This document shows, in pieces, positions 69,062 through 82,024 of a stretch of 124,000 bases of DNA. The first letter of the stretch is position 1, and every line of letters starts with the position of its first letter. Where the stretch lies: positions 43,420,001 to 43,544,000 of the forward strand of contig OX597822.1 of assembly GCA_951406725.2 (NCBI GenBank), written 5' to 3'. Under the pieces are notes generated by a model. It did not search any database and had not been told where the DNA came from. It saw nothing but the letters and a program-made list of their open reading frames with translations. The position numbers and the translations under genes are program-made. The DNA comes from Octopus vulgaris (taxonomy: Eukaryota).

Positions 69062-70852
69062 GGGTACTTATATAGATGTATGTATATATGTAAATAACGT
69101 TTTACGTAATAATTCCCAGTTGAGAGATCACAACTGTTGACAAAACTTATTATGCACAGATACTGACTTACACATACTCATACACATACATACATACACA
69201 CACACGAACACACACTTGCATAAATGCATAATAACACACACTGTCATACACAATTACACAGGCACACAGAGACATAAACACACGTAAGAGGATAAGTGTG
69301 AGCTTCATTTAATTACTTAAATTAAACGCATTAATGAAGCACGGAAGCCATCGCAGATTTAAAAGAAAAATATCTCAATACTCCATTCACAAAGTGTAAT
69401 AAAATTGATAAACTAAATAAATCAACTTCTCTTTTAAATGTCTTTTTGCTACTAAATCTTTCGGTTGCCTTTCTGGATTGAAAGATATTATTAATGGCTG
69501 GTACATCCGTGAAAATGTTTTGTATCGTTAACTTTGGTAATGTTTTAAAAAGCTGACTTTAATGTTTAACCTCCTCCATAATTCTCTCTCATAATTTGTT
69601 ACGTTGAAATATATATTATCCTATAAATTTTGTCAATGGTCTTAAACATGAAATTAGCAGATTCCATACGACACATTTGGTGATAATATTTTATCCTGCA
69701 CCCCAGTAGCGCTAAAACAATTTCATTGTTGTTGAAATTAGAGTGATCTGGGAAAGACTCAGTATTTGTCACTAGCAAAAGCATACCATGTATAAGGACT
69801 TGCCTGATGAAGCAAGCGACCCCGTTCTCTATGGAAGGGGAGTGCTGCGGCTTTCCAGCTAGACTGGTGCGCAGTCTGTTGCAGAATTTTGACCTGGTGC
69901 CTTGAAAACTCGAAGAAAGCCACTAAAGAGGTAAGCATGGCAGTTGAAACCAGCTGAAGGTGACTATGGTTGACAAAAAAACTGCAGTTCAAACCCTTCC
70001 ACTGGCGAAGACTAATTCAGTTTGCTCTGCCCCACTCAGACGAAATATACAGGTTAAGGGGCGAAATGTTTGTGAAACCTGAGAAACCTACTGATGACAG
70101 GGAAGAAGTTCAAACGTTACGATGGATTCAGAAGAAGAGCTTGCAATACTTTCCAACAGCTCAGGCAGTTGAGAAGTATCATGCATGGGGTAAAGTAATG
70201 CATAACCGATTTCTCGTTCACCTTTCATGAATTCTCTTAATACAATCTCACAGAAACCTAGAATCGATTCCATACGCCCCATATCGTGTTCATACGTAAT
70301 TTTGTGCAAAATTAAATCATACCTTGCAGCAGAATCATTGCATATTTGCATTATCCAGTAGCTGATAAAATATATGAGAATGAGTTTGGTCGAGATAAGT
70401 AAAGATTAAAGTGTGGTGGTTTATCTTTTGATTCTCTCCATTATATTTTCCGCCATACACGATTTCACATGATTTTGTATATTCATATATACACCCATAT
70501 AATTATTAACCATTGTCAGGATGTTTCATATATACGCAATGTCTAGGGGAACATATATGCTATCTATGTGGCAATAATATTTCATTAGACTTGTACGAAA
70601 CAGTGGCTGAAATTAGAAAACTTCACATGCTTTTACATTTACTAAATGATTTTATTTCATGCATGTATATAGAATTCATTATTTTGTTTTCCCTGTTCTA
70701 CTCATCGAGCTGGATCTTTATTCACCATAATATCCGCATGACCAGTTCTACAAATTATTGCTCTTCGTTTATTATTTTCAAATACTTATTAATCTGTTTT
70801 ACAGTAACACGTATTTGTTTTTTTAACATAGTTAGTAATTTTTACTGTGTAA

Positions 70853-71249
70853 TCTTTATATATAAAAGTGAAGTTGTGTGTCTGTCTCCTACGATTTGGA
70901 TTCCTAACTACTCCCACATTTTGCGGTGCAGTTTAACCAAAACCGGGTATCTCATAGTCGTGATTCATATCGGGCCCTTCTGGGTATTAGCGCGCGTCTA
71001 CAATGAGTCTACGATTAAAAAAAAATTACCATCATTTTTTTTCCATTTTAATGCATTTTTTCGCTATTATATAAGGGAGGTAACTCTCTAAAAATGTCTA
71101 CGATGAGTCAACGATTAAAAGAAAAATTACCATAATTTTTCTTCCCATTTTTAATGCATTTGTTTGCTATTTTTTGGCTATAACTCTCTAAAAATGCTTA
71201 TATAGTTATTTCCCTTACAAACCCGAGCAACGCCGGGCGATACTGCTAG
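70853..71249 (+). mobile_element. Non-autonomous Helitron
   Basis: TC start, 3' hairpin plus CTAG. Confidence 0.8.
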
Positions 71250-71497
71250 CATATATTACAACAATATACTGAAATATATGTATATACATACCTACGTACA
71301 CACGAGCATGTATTTGTGTCTCGGTCTATGTATGTGTGCGTGTATATGTACCATGGGATATATATATGTGTGTACGGTGTGTGTAAGTATCGTATACACA
71401 TAGAATATATTTAGGGACATGTAAATGTACACACACATAACGTACACACACATATGTATAAATATCCTCGAATCCACCTGGCAAGCATTAAGAAGAT

Positions 71498-71534
<37 letters not shown>

Positions 71535-71559
71535 AAAAAGAAGTTTGAAAACACGACTA

Positions 71560-71990
71560 TATAAGATAAATTTTAATTTTCTTAGAAATTTTACATGTTG
71601 CCGACTTTCTTAGAAATGGCAGTCTTTCTTCGTTATAATCTATCTTGAATTGAATATTTTCATTAATTCCATTTAGTAGTATTTTAAATTCCTCAGGTTT
71701 TTCTATACTTTCATCCCAGAGGATGAAGCAGTCGTCGAGATATATTTTCCAGTTGTTCTGGATATAGGCGGAGAAATTGTTTTCATATTTTCGAGTGTTT
71801 TCTGTTAGAGTATTATTTCGAGGTATCCAATTACTAGGTTGGCAAAAGAAGGCACAGTACGCGTACCCATCGCTGTTCCCGATCTTTATCTATAATAATC
71901 ATTATTAAAAATAAAGTAATTGTTGTCTAAAATAGAACTTAGTCCTTCTATTATGAGTTCTTTATTTATGCGAGTTGGATACACACACAC
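71560..71990 (-). mobile_element. PLE RT fragment
   Basis: LDNNYFIFNNDYYR*RSGTAMGTRTVPSFANLVIGYLE, then WKIYLDDCFILWD in a shifted frame. Confidence 0.7.
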
Positions 71991-72639
71991 ACACATACAT
72001 ATATATATAGATAGATATAGATATAGATATGGATATATATATAATACAGACAGATAGATAGATAGATAGATAGTTAGATAACAGGCAGGAAGATAGACGA
72101 TTCTATGCATGTTTATAAATATATATCGGTGTTCGGCCAAGCATTAGCTTTCTTTCTTGGTTCGACTGCTGGCCACTAAGCATCTCTTATATTCCTCTCT
72201 CATGACTTTCATCTCTTATGTTCATCTCCTATGTTCCTGTCTAAAGGCTTTCACTCTACCCACGTAAACTCATCTTGATTCGTCTTTATTGGTCGAAAGA
72301 CACCTGATATCATTTTCCTGTTATTTTCGTTTTTTTTTGTTGTTTACATTTGCTGGCTTTCTCCCAAGATATTTAATGTTCTTACCTTAGATTTTTGGGT
72401 CCAGCCAGATTTGTACAATCTGATGTGTAACCAGCCAAATCTGTGAGCATGATCTGGATACTTAACTGAGGAGGAACGGCTGCGACTGAACGTCTTTGTT
72501 TTATTTCTGTCCGTCTTTTAAATCCATTTTCTGGATTTATACATATGTGTGTGCGTGTGTGTGAGTGTGCATGTGTGTATGTGTGTATGTGTGCATGTAC
72601 ATGTGTGTGTGCCTCTGTGTGTTTGTGGTGTGTGTGCGC

Positions 72640-72684
<45 letters not shown>

Positions 72685-72819
72685 TGTGTCTGTGTATGTA
72701 CATCGTACTTTTTCATTTTTCGTTTTGTTTTTGAACCTCCCAGCTTCTCCAAATGCTCCATTCTCAACTTTTCACTTTTCTTCTCTCATTCAATTTTTAG
72801 TTCGTTATATGTGGTTTTT

Positions 72820-72872
72820 TGCCTGATGAATATGTTTGAGGTATTTCTCAACATAGGAAACTGTTAGTAGCG
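72820..72872 (+). ncRNA. Type I hammerhead, nearly intact
   Basis: tgc-CTGATGA-A-TATGTTtGAG-gtattt-CTCAACATA-G-GAAA-CT-gtt-AGTA-gcg. Confidence 0.65.
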
Positions 72873-72967
72873 CATAAATACATGTATTGTAACCATTGAA
72901 TAATATTTATCTCCCACTAATTAGAGTAGTTTTTGGTAATCCTATCATCACGGAACAGCACATTATA

Positions 72968-73003
<36 letters not shown>

Positions 73004-73078
73004 TGTATGTATGTATGTATGTATGTATAGATGCATATGTGTATGTGCATGTATATATGTATATGTATAGACAGCCAC

Positions 73079-73109
<31 letters not shown>

Positions 73110-73295
73110 AATATTAGGGAATAAATCCAAATTTACAGGGAAAAATTAGATTTAGGATTGAATCCAATTTTATAGTAAAATATTATATTATATTAAATTA
73201 GAGACAAAACCACTATTATGCAAATTAAACAAAGAAAGACTTAAAACAATACATAAATTAATTTATATAAATTTAGAAATTTAACAATTATAAAT

Positions 73296-73356
73296 AACCA
73301 CTACGATTGTTTCATGTCTTATTTCAGCACATCTTTGAGACATTCTTCAGGTGGTT
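73296..73356 (-). ncRNA. Type I hammerhead (left arm)
   Basis: aaccac-CTGAAGA-ATGTCT-N18-AGACAT-GAAAC-AATC-GTA-gtggtt. Confidence 0.75.
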
Positions 73357-73404
73357 TCAAAACCTTCTTGGTTCATAGTTTAAAACTCGCCAAGAAGGTT
73401 TTGA

Positions 73405-73465
73405 AACCACCTGAAGAATGTCTCAAAGATGTGCTGAAATAAGACATGAAACGATCGTAGTGGTT
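73405..73465 (+). ncRNA. Type I hammerhead, canonical core (right arm)
   Basis: aaccac-CTGAAGA-ATGTCT-N18-AGACAT-GAAAC-GATC-GTA-gtggtt; stem III is the palindrome ACGATCGT. Confidence 0.8.
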
Positions 73466-74052
73466 ATTTATAATTGTTAATTTTCTAAATTTATATAAAT
73501 TAATTTATGTATTGTTTTAAGTCTTTCTTTGTTTGATTTGCATAATAGTGGTTTTGTCTCTAATTTAATATAATATATATATATATATATAATATCAAAG
73601 GGTATTCTGAAATATTAGAAATTTCCATTACCCGTGGCCTAGCGTGTAAAAATTTAGTCAATAGATTATATATTATTCATATAAATAGAGTTTAAAGTGG
73701 TTTGGAATTTAGCTGTTCTCTCTAGCGTGCAGGTTGTCTTATGGGGGATACTTCTTATGTCTTTAAATGTACACACACGCACGCACAGATATGTGTGTGT
73801 GTGTGTGTGTGTGCATATATTTATGTGCGTATGTCTACGTTTGTCCCCCACCGTTGCTTGACAATGGATGTTAGTGTGTTTCCGTCTCCGCAACGTAGCG
73901 GCTCAGCAAAAGACACCGATAGAATTAGTACAAGGCTTACAAAGAACAAGTCCTGGCGTTGATTTCTTCGACTAAAACCGTTTAAGTCGGTGCTGCAGGA
74001 TGGTAACAGACACATATCTGAATCATGTAAAAGAATATACATGTATATGTGT

Positions 74053-74410
74053 GGAGGTGCAATAGCCATTGGTTAGGGCAGAGGACACGCGGTTTCGATT
74101 CCCAGTCCGGGCGTTGTGGGTGTTTATGAAGCGAAAATACCTGAAACTCCACGAGGCTCCGGCAGGGGGTGGGGTGGCAAACCTTGCTGTACTCTTTCAC
74201 CACAATTTCCTCTCACTCTTTCTTCCTGTTTCTGTTGTACCTGTATTTCAGAGGGCCAGCCTTGTCACACTCTGTGTCACGCTGAATCTCCCCGAGAACT
74301 ACGTTAAGGGTACACGTGTCTGTGGAGTGCTCACCATGTTAATTTCACGAGCAGGCTCTTCCGCTGATTGGATCAACTGGAACCCTCGTCGTCGTAACCG
74401 ACGGAGTGTT
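74053..74410 (+). mobile_element. SINE family C
   Basis: Same head and tail as 21624. Confidence 0.85.
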
Positions 74411-74424
74411 ACGATCTGATATGT

Positions 74425-74508
<84 letters not shown>

Positions 74509-74593
74509 CATACATACGTATATATATATACATATATATATATACATATATACATATACATATATGTGTATATATATATATATATATATACAT

Positions 74594-74631
<38 letters not shown>

Positions 74632-75107
74632 GCATACATGCTTCCATATTTACGCACACACATGGAAACATGTATCTTCTTTCCTGCCTGCTAGCCATCC
74701 ATCCATCCATCCATCCATTCATCCATCCATCCATCTCTCTCTCTATCTCTATCTTTCTCTCTTTCTCTTTATCTATCTATCTATCTGCATTACACACGGA
74801 TGTATATATGATTGTGTCTACGCACAGGTCGGCAATTGTTGTGAGGTCATCAATAATTCCTAAAACACATATCCAGCTGGCAAGCATTGAAAAAGATAAC
74901 AATACCTAAAGGTGAACAGCTTGCGATGTTTTCCAATATCAACCACAGCTTCGTATGAGACTAATGAAATACTAATGTCGCTCGAACAGAGTGTATTTTG
75001 CAGCGGACATTGTGTATATTACAAAAGCCTGACAATAACAAATAGTTTTATGTTCGTATTTATGAATATACAATGCATGCATATACACACACTTACTGAC
75101 ACACAGG

Positions 75108-75150
<43 letters not shown>

Positions 75151-75239
75151 GCACACACACGCGCGCACACACACATAACACACACACTTGTAGGTTCCTG
75201 CCACTTACATGAATACAACTAAGTCTATCGTTGGGCTTC

Positions 75240-75660
75240 CTATAGGGTTTGTAAATATTCTTTTTTAAAAAGTTTCTGCCACCCCACCCCCCATAATATT
75301 TAAGAATTCACTTAAGAATATTAGTAGGCGAATTTCTAGGCTCTCCTCCGATATAAACATATTTAATAATTTTGCCCCAAAGCTCTTAAATATTGTAGAT
75401 TTAAAGAGGAAATAACTTATGCACCTGTTATTGGTCGAGAAATAAAGAAAAGAAAACAGGCATAGGAAAATGATCTGGTTTACACCTCCTTACTCCCTCG
75501 AAGTGACCTTTAATACAGGTAAATATTTCTCGTCACTTGTTGATAGACACTTTCCAATACATCAAAATTCGATTTAGTTAAACCAGAAATTTAAAAAATT
75601 TAATTGCACATAACACAAAAAAAAAACAACAACACGAAGCCGGCTGTACCTACTGGGATA
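75240..75660 (+). mobile_element. PLE fragment (RT-to-endonuclease linker)
   Basis: RKMIWFTPPYSLEVTFNTGKYFSSLVDRHFP resembles the PLE motif IWFNPP.S..V.TNIGK.FL.LID.HFP. Confidence 0.6.
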
Positions 75661-75715
75661 AAGACTTATACTTGCTGAATAGAGTTTGTGTGACTGAGGC
75701 CATTATTTATGTATG

Positions 75716-75831
<116 letters not shown>

Positions 75832-75924
75832 AGTGTGTGTGTGTGTACCAATGAAGAAATAAGTGATATAGATATCCACTTTATACAGTTCAGCCGAGTA
75901 GCACTCTGATTGAGTTTCAGGAAT

Positions 75925-76325
75925 ATAAAATTAGGGAGAGGAGAAAACAAATTCAACGGTCGATGTATGTATTCATTCAATTCATATTAACGAAATTCTC
76001 CATAGTATACAAGGTACATACATAGATGCATTCATCTATATGAAATATACAAAATTTCTAAGACTTTATAAATATATAAAAATCCATACACATATAAAAA
76101 CTATAAACACATAAAAATTCATAAATACAAATATATAAAAAGCCTAGGTCCGTAATTGTACTTGCGAAGTCCAAAGGAAGAAGGTCATAAAGCGGGTGTA
76201 AAATGATTCATAAGATACATACATGCATCTATGTATGTACCTTGTATACTATGGAGAATTTCGTTAATATGGATTGAATAAATGTATACATAGGCCTTTG
76301 AATTTGTTTTCTCCTACCCTTAATT
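75925..76325. repeat. Interrupted inverted repeat (about 125-bp arms)
   Basis: catattaacgaaattctccatagtatacaaggtacatacatagatgcat and its reverse complement about 190 bp downstream. Confidence 0.85.
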
Positions 76326-76876
76326 ATATATATATATGTACCTCTATAGATATGTACACATAGGTATATTCATGTATGCGGCGATTGTTAATATATATAT
76401 CTGTACGAGTGTGCATATATATATATATATATATGTTCATGTTTGTGTATGAGTATATTTATTTGTATAAATGTCTAATATATATGTAGGCATATATCTA
76501 TATGAGGTTGAAGTTGCATATACATATATACGTATGTGAGTGTGTATATATTTATACATATACATGCTTATACATGTATATGTATATGCGTGTGTGTAGA
76601 GAGAGATGTCTATATGAGCATGTAAATGGATGTATGGGCATATCTCTCTCTCTCTGTATATATATATATATATGTATATACACATGTCAGTGTGAGTGTG
76701 TACGTATGTAGATTTTACGAACGCAGAAGGAACCTATTTATTCTGAGATTGTGGTTGCGTGTAGTTTTTTATAATTCAAACATTTTTTAATATTTTATAT
76801 CTTTTATATTTTTCACGCCTATTAGAGTAACTTCCCCTTTATTCAACGGTTTTTTTTTCATAGCGTCTACCGTCAA

Positions 76877-76937
76877 AATAGCCGATGAAAATGTCTCGAA
76901 GCTCCTAGCTCCGGCATTTGAAACTCTGAGTTCTGTT
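76877..76937 (+). ncRNA. Type I hammerhead, CCGAUGA core
   Basis: aatag-CCGATGA-AAATGT-N19-GCATTT-GAAA-CTC-t-GAGTT-ctgtt. A decayed homolog lies at 88066-88125. Confidence 0.65.
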
Positions 76938-77025
76938 ATGACAACTTACTGATTGTCCTATACTATACTAAACAATACGATGCTATACTATACTATATTA
77001 TACTATACTATACTATACTACACTA

Positions 77026-77067
<42 letters not shown>

Positions 77068-77113
77068 TCCTCTATTATTTACATAATATCGAGGTCTCAT
77101 TTTTTTGTTGTCA

Positions 77114-77200
<87 letters not shown>

Positions 77201-78454
77201 CATGTGTGTGTGTGTGCGATATGAGATCTTTAAGCTTTTACTTATTTGAATCATTGGATAAGAGAGTTGCTGGGAATCACGTTGAAGGGTTAATCGAAGA
77301 AAGCGACCTCAGTTCTTATTTTTGAAATCTGGCATTTATTCTACCGGTATCTTTTGCTGAACCGTTATGTTACAGGATCCTAAAGGAACTAACACCGGAT
77401 GTCACGTGATGAAATAAACAAACACACACAGGCACCCCTTCCCACGCCTATACAACCCAGATTCCATTTACAAAATTCACTCACAAGGCACGGTTATGTC
77501 AAGGATTATAGTAGAAGACATTGGTTCAAGCTCTGACACATTGGGGGAATGAATCCAAATCTAAGTGGCTGCAAATTTGAAGAGCGAACTTAGGTAGGAG
77601 TGGTTATAAAACATGTTATACATAGAAAAATTAGATAGATATCTAAATTGGACATGAAGATATGAAAACGTTAAAAAAAAAACGAAAAGAAAAGAAAACG
77701 AAATCGAAAAATGCAAATAATTCTGAGTGAGGTCAGTGAAGTGAAAACTATAATTTAAAAGTTTTAAAGGCCCTCTGCAGAAACTCTATGTCGATTCTAT
77801 AGCATGATTTAAGCGAAACTATTTAAAGTCAAAAGTGTTATAGAAAGATCGTATAATGATCCAATGGGAAGGTCGGGAAGTCTCAATGGTTCTAAGATAT
77901 TAACAAAGATCGTCAAATATATCCAAAATTATAATCATGATAAGAGTAAGAATTTACAGTAAATTGAAATAACTAAATTCATATTTGTTACTGGGGATGA
78001 AGCCTTGCAATAGAAAACGCCGTACACTATTTCAGGTTTTCATCAATGTTGTTCTCGCAAAACTAGGCCACATGGTTCAGTCCAAAATTCAGTATGCGAG
78101 AAGCAGTGCATCTGGGAAATCCTCAAATTTATATAGAGCTATTTTCCAGAGGTCATTAATAATATAAGGATATTGAATAGAAACATTCTGTAAGTTTGTT
78201 ATTCTTGTAAGAATTTCGTTTTGTTGGTTAACCAGCATAATGTGAAAACTGTCTCTGAAGCCAATAGAAATGAAAGACATGTAATTGTATAGACATCAAC
78301 AAATGTCTCATTAATGGCAACTGCATGGCAAAAGTAATACTATATAGGACTGAAGTCCCAGTTTATAATAGCCCGGTATCCAAAATTTTAGATGGGGCAA
78401 CAGAAAACCGTTTTAAGGCAATTATTTTACATGGAAAATAATTCATTTCAATAA

Positions 78455-78625
78455 CCTATTTCTTTACTACCCATAAGGAGCTAAACACAGAGAGGACAAA
78501 CAAGAACAGACAAACGGATTAAGTCGATTATATCGATCCCAATGCGTAACTGGTACTTATTTAATCGACCCCGAAAGGATGAAGGGCAAAGTAGACGTCG
78601 GCGAAATTTGAACTCAGAACTAACC
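78455..78625 (-). mobile_element. SINE family A (headless)
   Basis: Reverse complement SINE-A body and tail. Confidence 0.8.
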
Positions 78626-78877
78626 GACGCGTCAATCATAATCAGACGGGTATGTATTATCCAACATATTTCATAAATTTTGAAACGTCCGACCACCCCA
78701 AACTATCCAGTCAGCTTTAAATATATAGTCGATTATTTACCGAATAATTTATCCCTGCACCATTTATAAACGTTTATAAAAATTGACTGTAGTCAAATGA
78801 TCGGTTACGTGAAACTCAAACTAATAGATTTTTCAGCTGCAGGAAAAATACCGATGATTATGATGATGATAATGTTG

Positions 78878-78924
<47 letters not shown>

Positions 78925-79089
78925 AATAATAATAATGATAATAATAATTATAATTCACATACACATATATATGTGTATGTATATATGTATACATATATAT
79001 TTCACAAACTGTTAGTTTGTGGAATTTCTCAGCTTCAATAATATATGTATGTCTATATGCATGTATGTATGTATATATATATATGTATG

Positions 79090-79150
<61 letters not shown>

Positions 79151-79151
79151 G

Positions 79152-79212
<61 letters not shown>

Positions 79213-79219
79213 GTATATA

Positions 79220-79334
<115 letters not shown>

Positions 79335-80971
79335 CTGTGCGAGTACGTATAAAATATGTACGTATGTATATGGGGGTTCTATGTATATATACGTATATGC
79401 TCAACGGAATCAGTTGGGAAATTAACCTGATATTGCGTTATGAAAAATGCACCAAGGCAACATTGGAAAAAAATATCATGTTATATAAAGAAAACAAATA
79501 TGATAGTATTATTCCAAAAAACACTTAAAAATTATATGAATTAATGACCTAGACATTGTATAACACACGCAAATGGTTTGGAAAAAATATTATGGCCGCA
79601 TTAAATTCATACTTTAAAAAATATAAATGCAAAAAAAAAAATATATATATATATAAGGCAGTAATTCTTAATATTTTATCTAGGTGTTTAAGTAAGAAGT
79701 TACAGTTATAATATCGTGAACTGGAAGTTAAGGTGAATTAGTAAGACTAGACAGGAAAACATGAAATATAATGGCTACGTTTCGAATACATTATCTAAAA
79801 ATCTGACATAGAAATATATTTATCAAGAATACAAGGAGGGTGAGGTATTTTGTAAACAATCACAAAAACTTGAACAAATAAACAAGAACTATTTACTGTC
79901 TCCAGGGAAGTCAAGAAATGAGAAAAAAAGAGAAAAAAAATGAAGTCAGATGAAGTAACAGATATTTGTGAGTAAAAACGGTAAAACAACAACAGAAAAT
80001 ATCTTGCAAAAAACAAGAAATAAGAACTAAATTGAAATTGGCATTATGAAATATCAGACGGTGGTTAGAAAAGTCTAAAAGTTATCATATCGCAGCCAAT
80101 ATGTGACAAACGCAGAGCAGAGAGGTTTCAGAGAATGGCAAACTGAACACATTATAGAATATTAAGATTATCAGAGAGGAGGAGATTAACGTTAATCGCA
80201 CCAAACAATGCTGTCAAGGACCACCAGATAATCAAGACTTCCTTATATACGTGTCAAATGCAGGCCGTATGGTAAAAAAATGTTTCTAACGTAACAACGC
80301 CATCCTCAGTTCGGTTCCGCTGCACAACCTACGATTGTTAATGAGATTAAGTAAACCTGAACTGTGACGACCCTCGTATACACACATACACACACACACA
80401 CACACAGACACACACACACACACACACACACATACACACACGCACACGCACGCACACACACATGCATACACACACACAAACATACATACATAGATACATA
80501 CTGGCGTAGCAAGATACATACCAACACGTCTGAAGCAAAATATGGCTGAAATTGGGTTCTTGGGGGAGAATATGGAAATCCTTAATTCATGCTCTAAAAA
80601 TGATCACGATATGTAACAAAATAAAAATCTGCAAGACCTCCTTAAGATGTAATGGACAATGAACAAAACAAAATTCTTACCTTCACAACCTTGCTACCAA
80701 GTAGTTAGCCAACCAAAATTTAAAAAGAAAAAGTGTAAATCCATCCAACCATCCATCTATACCTAGCTAGCTAGCTAGCTACCTACCTACGTACCTACGT
80801 ACCTACCTACCTACCTACATACCTACCTACCTACCTTCCTACCTACCTACCTACCTACCTACCTACCTACCTACCTACCTACCTACCTACCTACCTACCT
80901 ACCTACCTACCTACCTACATACTTACCTACCTACCTACCTACCTACCTACCTACCTACATACCTACTTACC

Positions 80972-81011
<40 letters not shown>

Positions 81012-81235
81012 ATCAATATAGGGTGGCAAAAAAAAAATTTTGTAGAATTCTTTTGCCACCAGCGGCCTAGTAGGAAAAAATTAAATAGTCATAAACCATT
81101 TTTACGTTCAACATCACAATCAAGGAACGGCCATAATAGGCCATTCACCCACTAGAAATAACAGCCAAAAGCTTTAACCGCAAAATAACATTAATTCCGT
81201 AAACCAGGAGAAAATTGAAAAACTTTTACCCTGTA

Positions 81236-81342
81236 ATTTCTTAGACGATGCACCGTTTCATCTACCGTTTAATGGTAAACTAACCTGATTAAATTAAATC
81301 AAGCCAATCCACCATAGGCCCTTAGACTCATCAGTAAGAAAT
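81236..81342 (-). ncRNA. Extended type I hammerhead ribozyme (unit 1)
   Basis: ATTTCTTA-CTGATGA-GTCTA-[58 nt]-TAGAT-GAAA-CGG-TGCA-TCGTC^TAAGAAAT; predicted cut between 81244 and 81243. Confidence 0.9.
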
Positions 81343-81726
81343 AGCCAAGTCGGAACAGATATTTTTCACGAGGCATTCCTCTTGCTACCTCGGCAATATC
81401 TGACCTAAAATTTTCAAATCGTCGCACTCGCGCCAAATTTATCGGCAGCAAATAAATATAAGCCACCGATTCCATTACGGAACTAACCAGAAAATTCATA
81501 ATTAATCAATATAGGGTGGCAAAAAAAATTTTGTAGAATTCTTTTGCCACCAGCGGCCTAGTAGGAAAAAATTAAATAGTCATAAACCATTTTTACGTTC
81601 AACATCACAATCAAGGAACGGCCATAATAGGCCATTCACCCACTAGAAATAACAGCCAAAAGCTTTAACCGCAAAATAACATTAATTCCGTAAACCAGGA
81701 GAAAATTGAAAAACTTTTACCCTGTA

Positions 81727-81833
81727 ATTTCTTAGACGATGCACCGTTTCATCTACCGTTTAATGGTAAACTAACCTGATTAAATTAAATCAAGCCAATC
81801 CACCATAGGCCCTTAGACTCATCAGTAAGAAAT
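81727..81833 (-). ncRNA. Extended type I hammerhead ribozyme (unit 2)
   Basis: Identical to unit 1; predicted cut between 81735 and 81734. Confidence 0.9.
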
Positions 81834-81991
81834 AGCCAAGTCGGAACAGATATTTTTCACGAGGCATTCCTCTTGCTACCTCGGCAATATCTGACCTAAA
81901 ATTTTCAAATCGTCGCACTCGCGCCAAATTTATCGGCAGCAAATAAATATAAGCCACCGATTCCATTACGGAACTAACCAGAAAATTCATA

Positions 81992-82024
<33 letters not shown>

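Larger units (their letters stand above)
73184..73577. repeat. Inverted PLE terminal repeat: about 188-bp arms, 18-nt spacer, one hammerhead per arm
   Basis: 73184-73371 is the reverse complement of 73390-73577 with a few mismatches. Confidence 0.9.
81009..81992 (-). mobile_element. Candidate non-LTR retrozyme: head-to-tail dimer of a 491-bp hammerhead-containing unit in (TA)n
   Basis: Units 81009-81501 and 81502-81992 are identical except for one A-run. One complete hammerhead per unit, no RT or endonuclease homology, (TA)n on both flanks. Confidence 0.8.

Noticed and set aside
69804-69840. Isolated CTGATGA (also at 20407)
   Set aside because: No stem II/GAAA arrangement follows.
69700-70370. 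Non-repetitive, moderately GC-rich stretch with short ORFs (similar islands at 87060-87300, 97740-97920 and 40700-40930)
   Set aside because: There are no recognisable domains or convincing splice pairs. These may be exons or old TE fossils, but I cannot support a call.
81299-81499. 66-aa ORF (MNFLVSSVMES...) repeated at 81790-81990
   Set aside because: It has no recognisable motif and would be expected by chance. It overlaps the ribozyme, whose structure explains the sequence better. A small peptide from a circle cannot be fully excluded.
81009-81992. Explanation of the 491-bp dimer as an assembly duplication
   Set aside because: The same junction is present in a diverged, inverted copy at 123838-124000, and the two units differ in an A-run.
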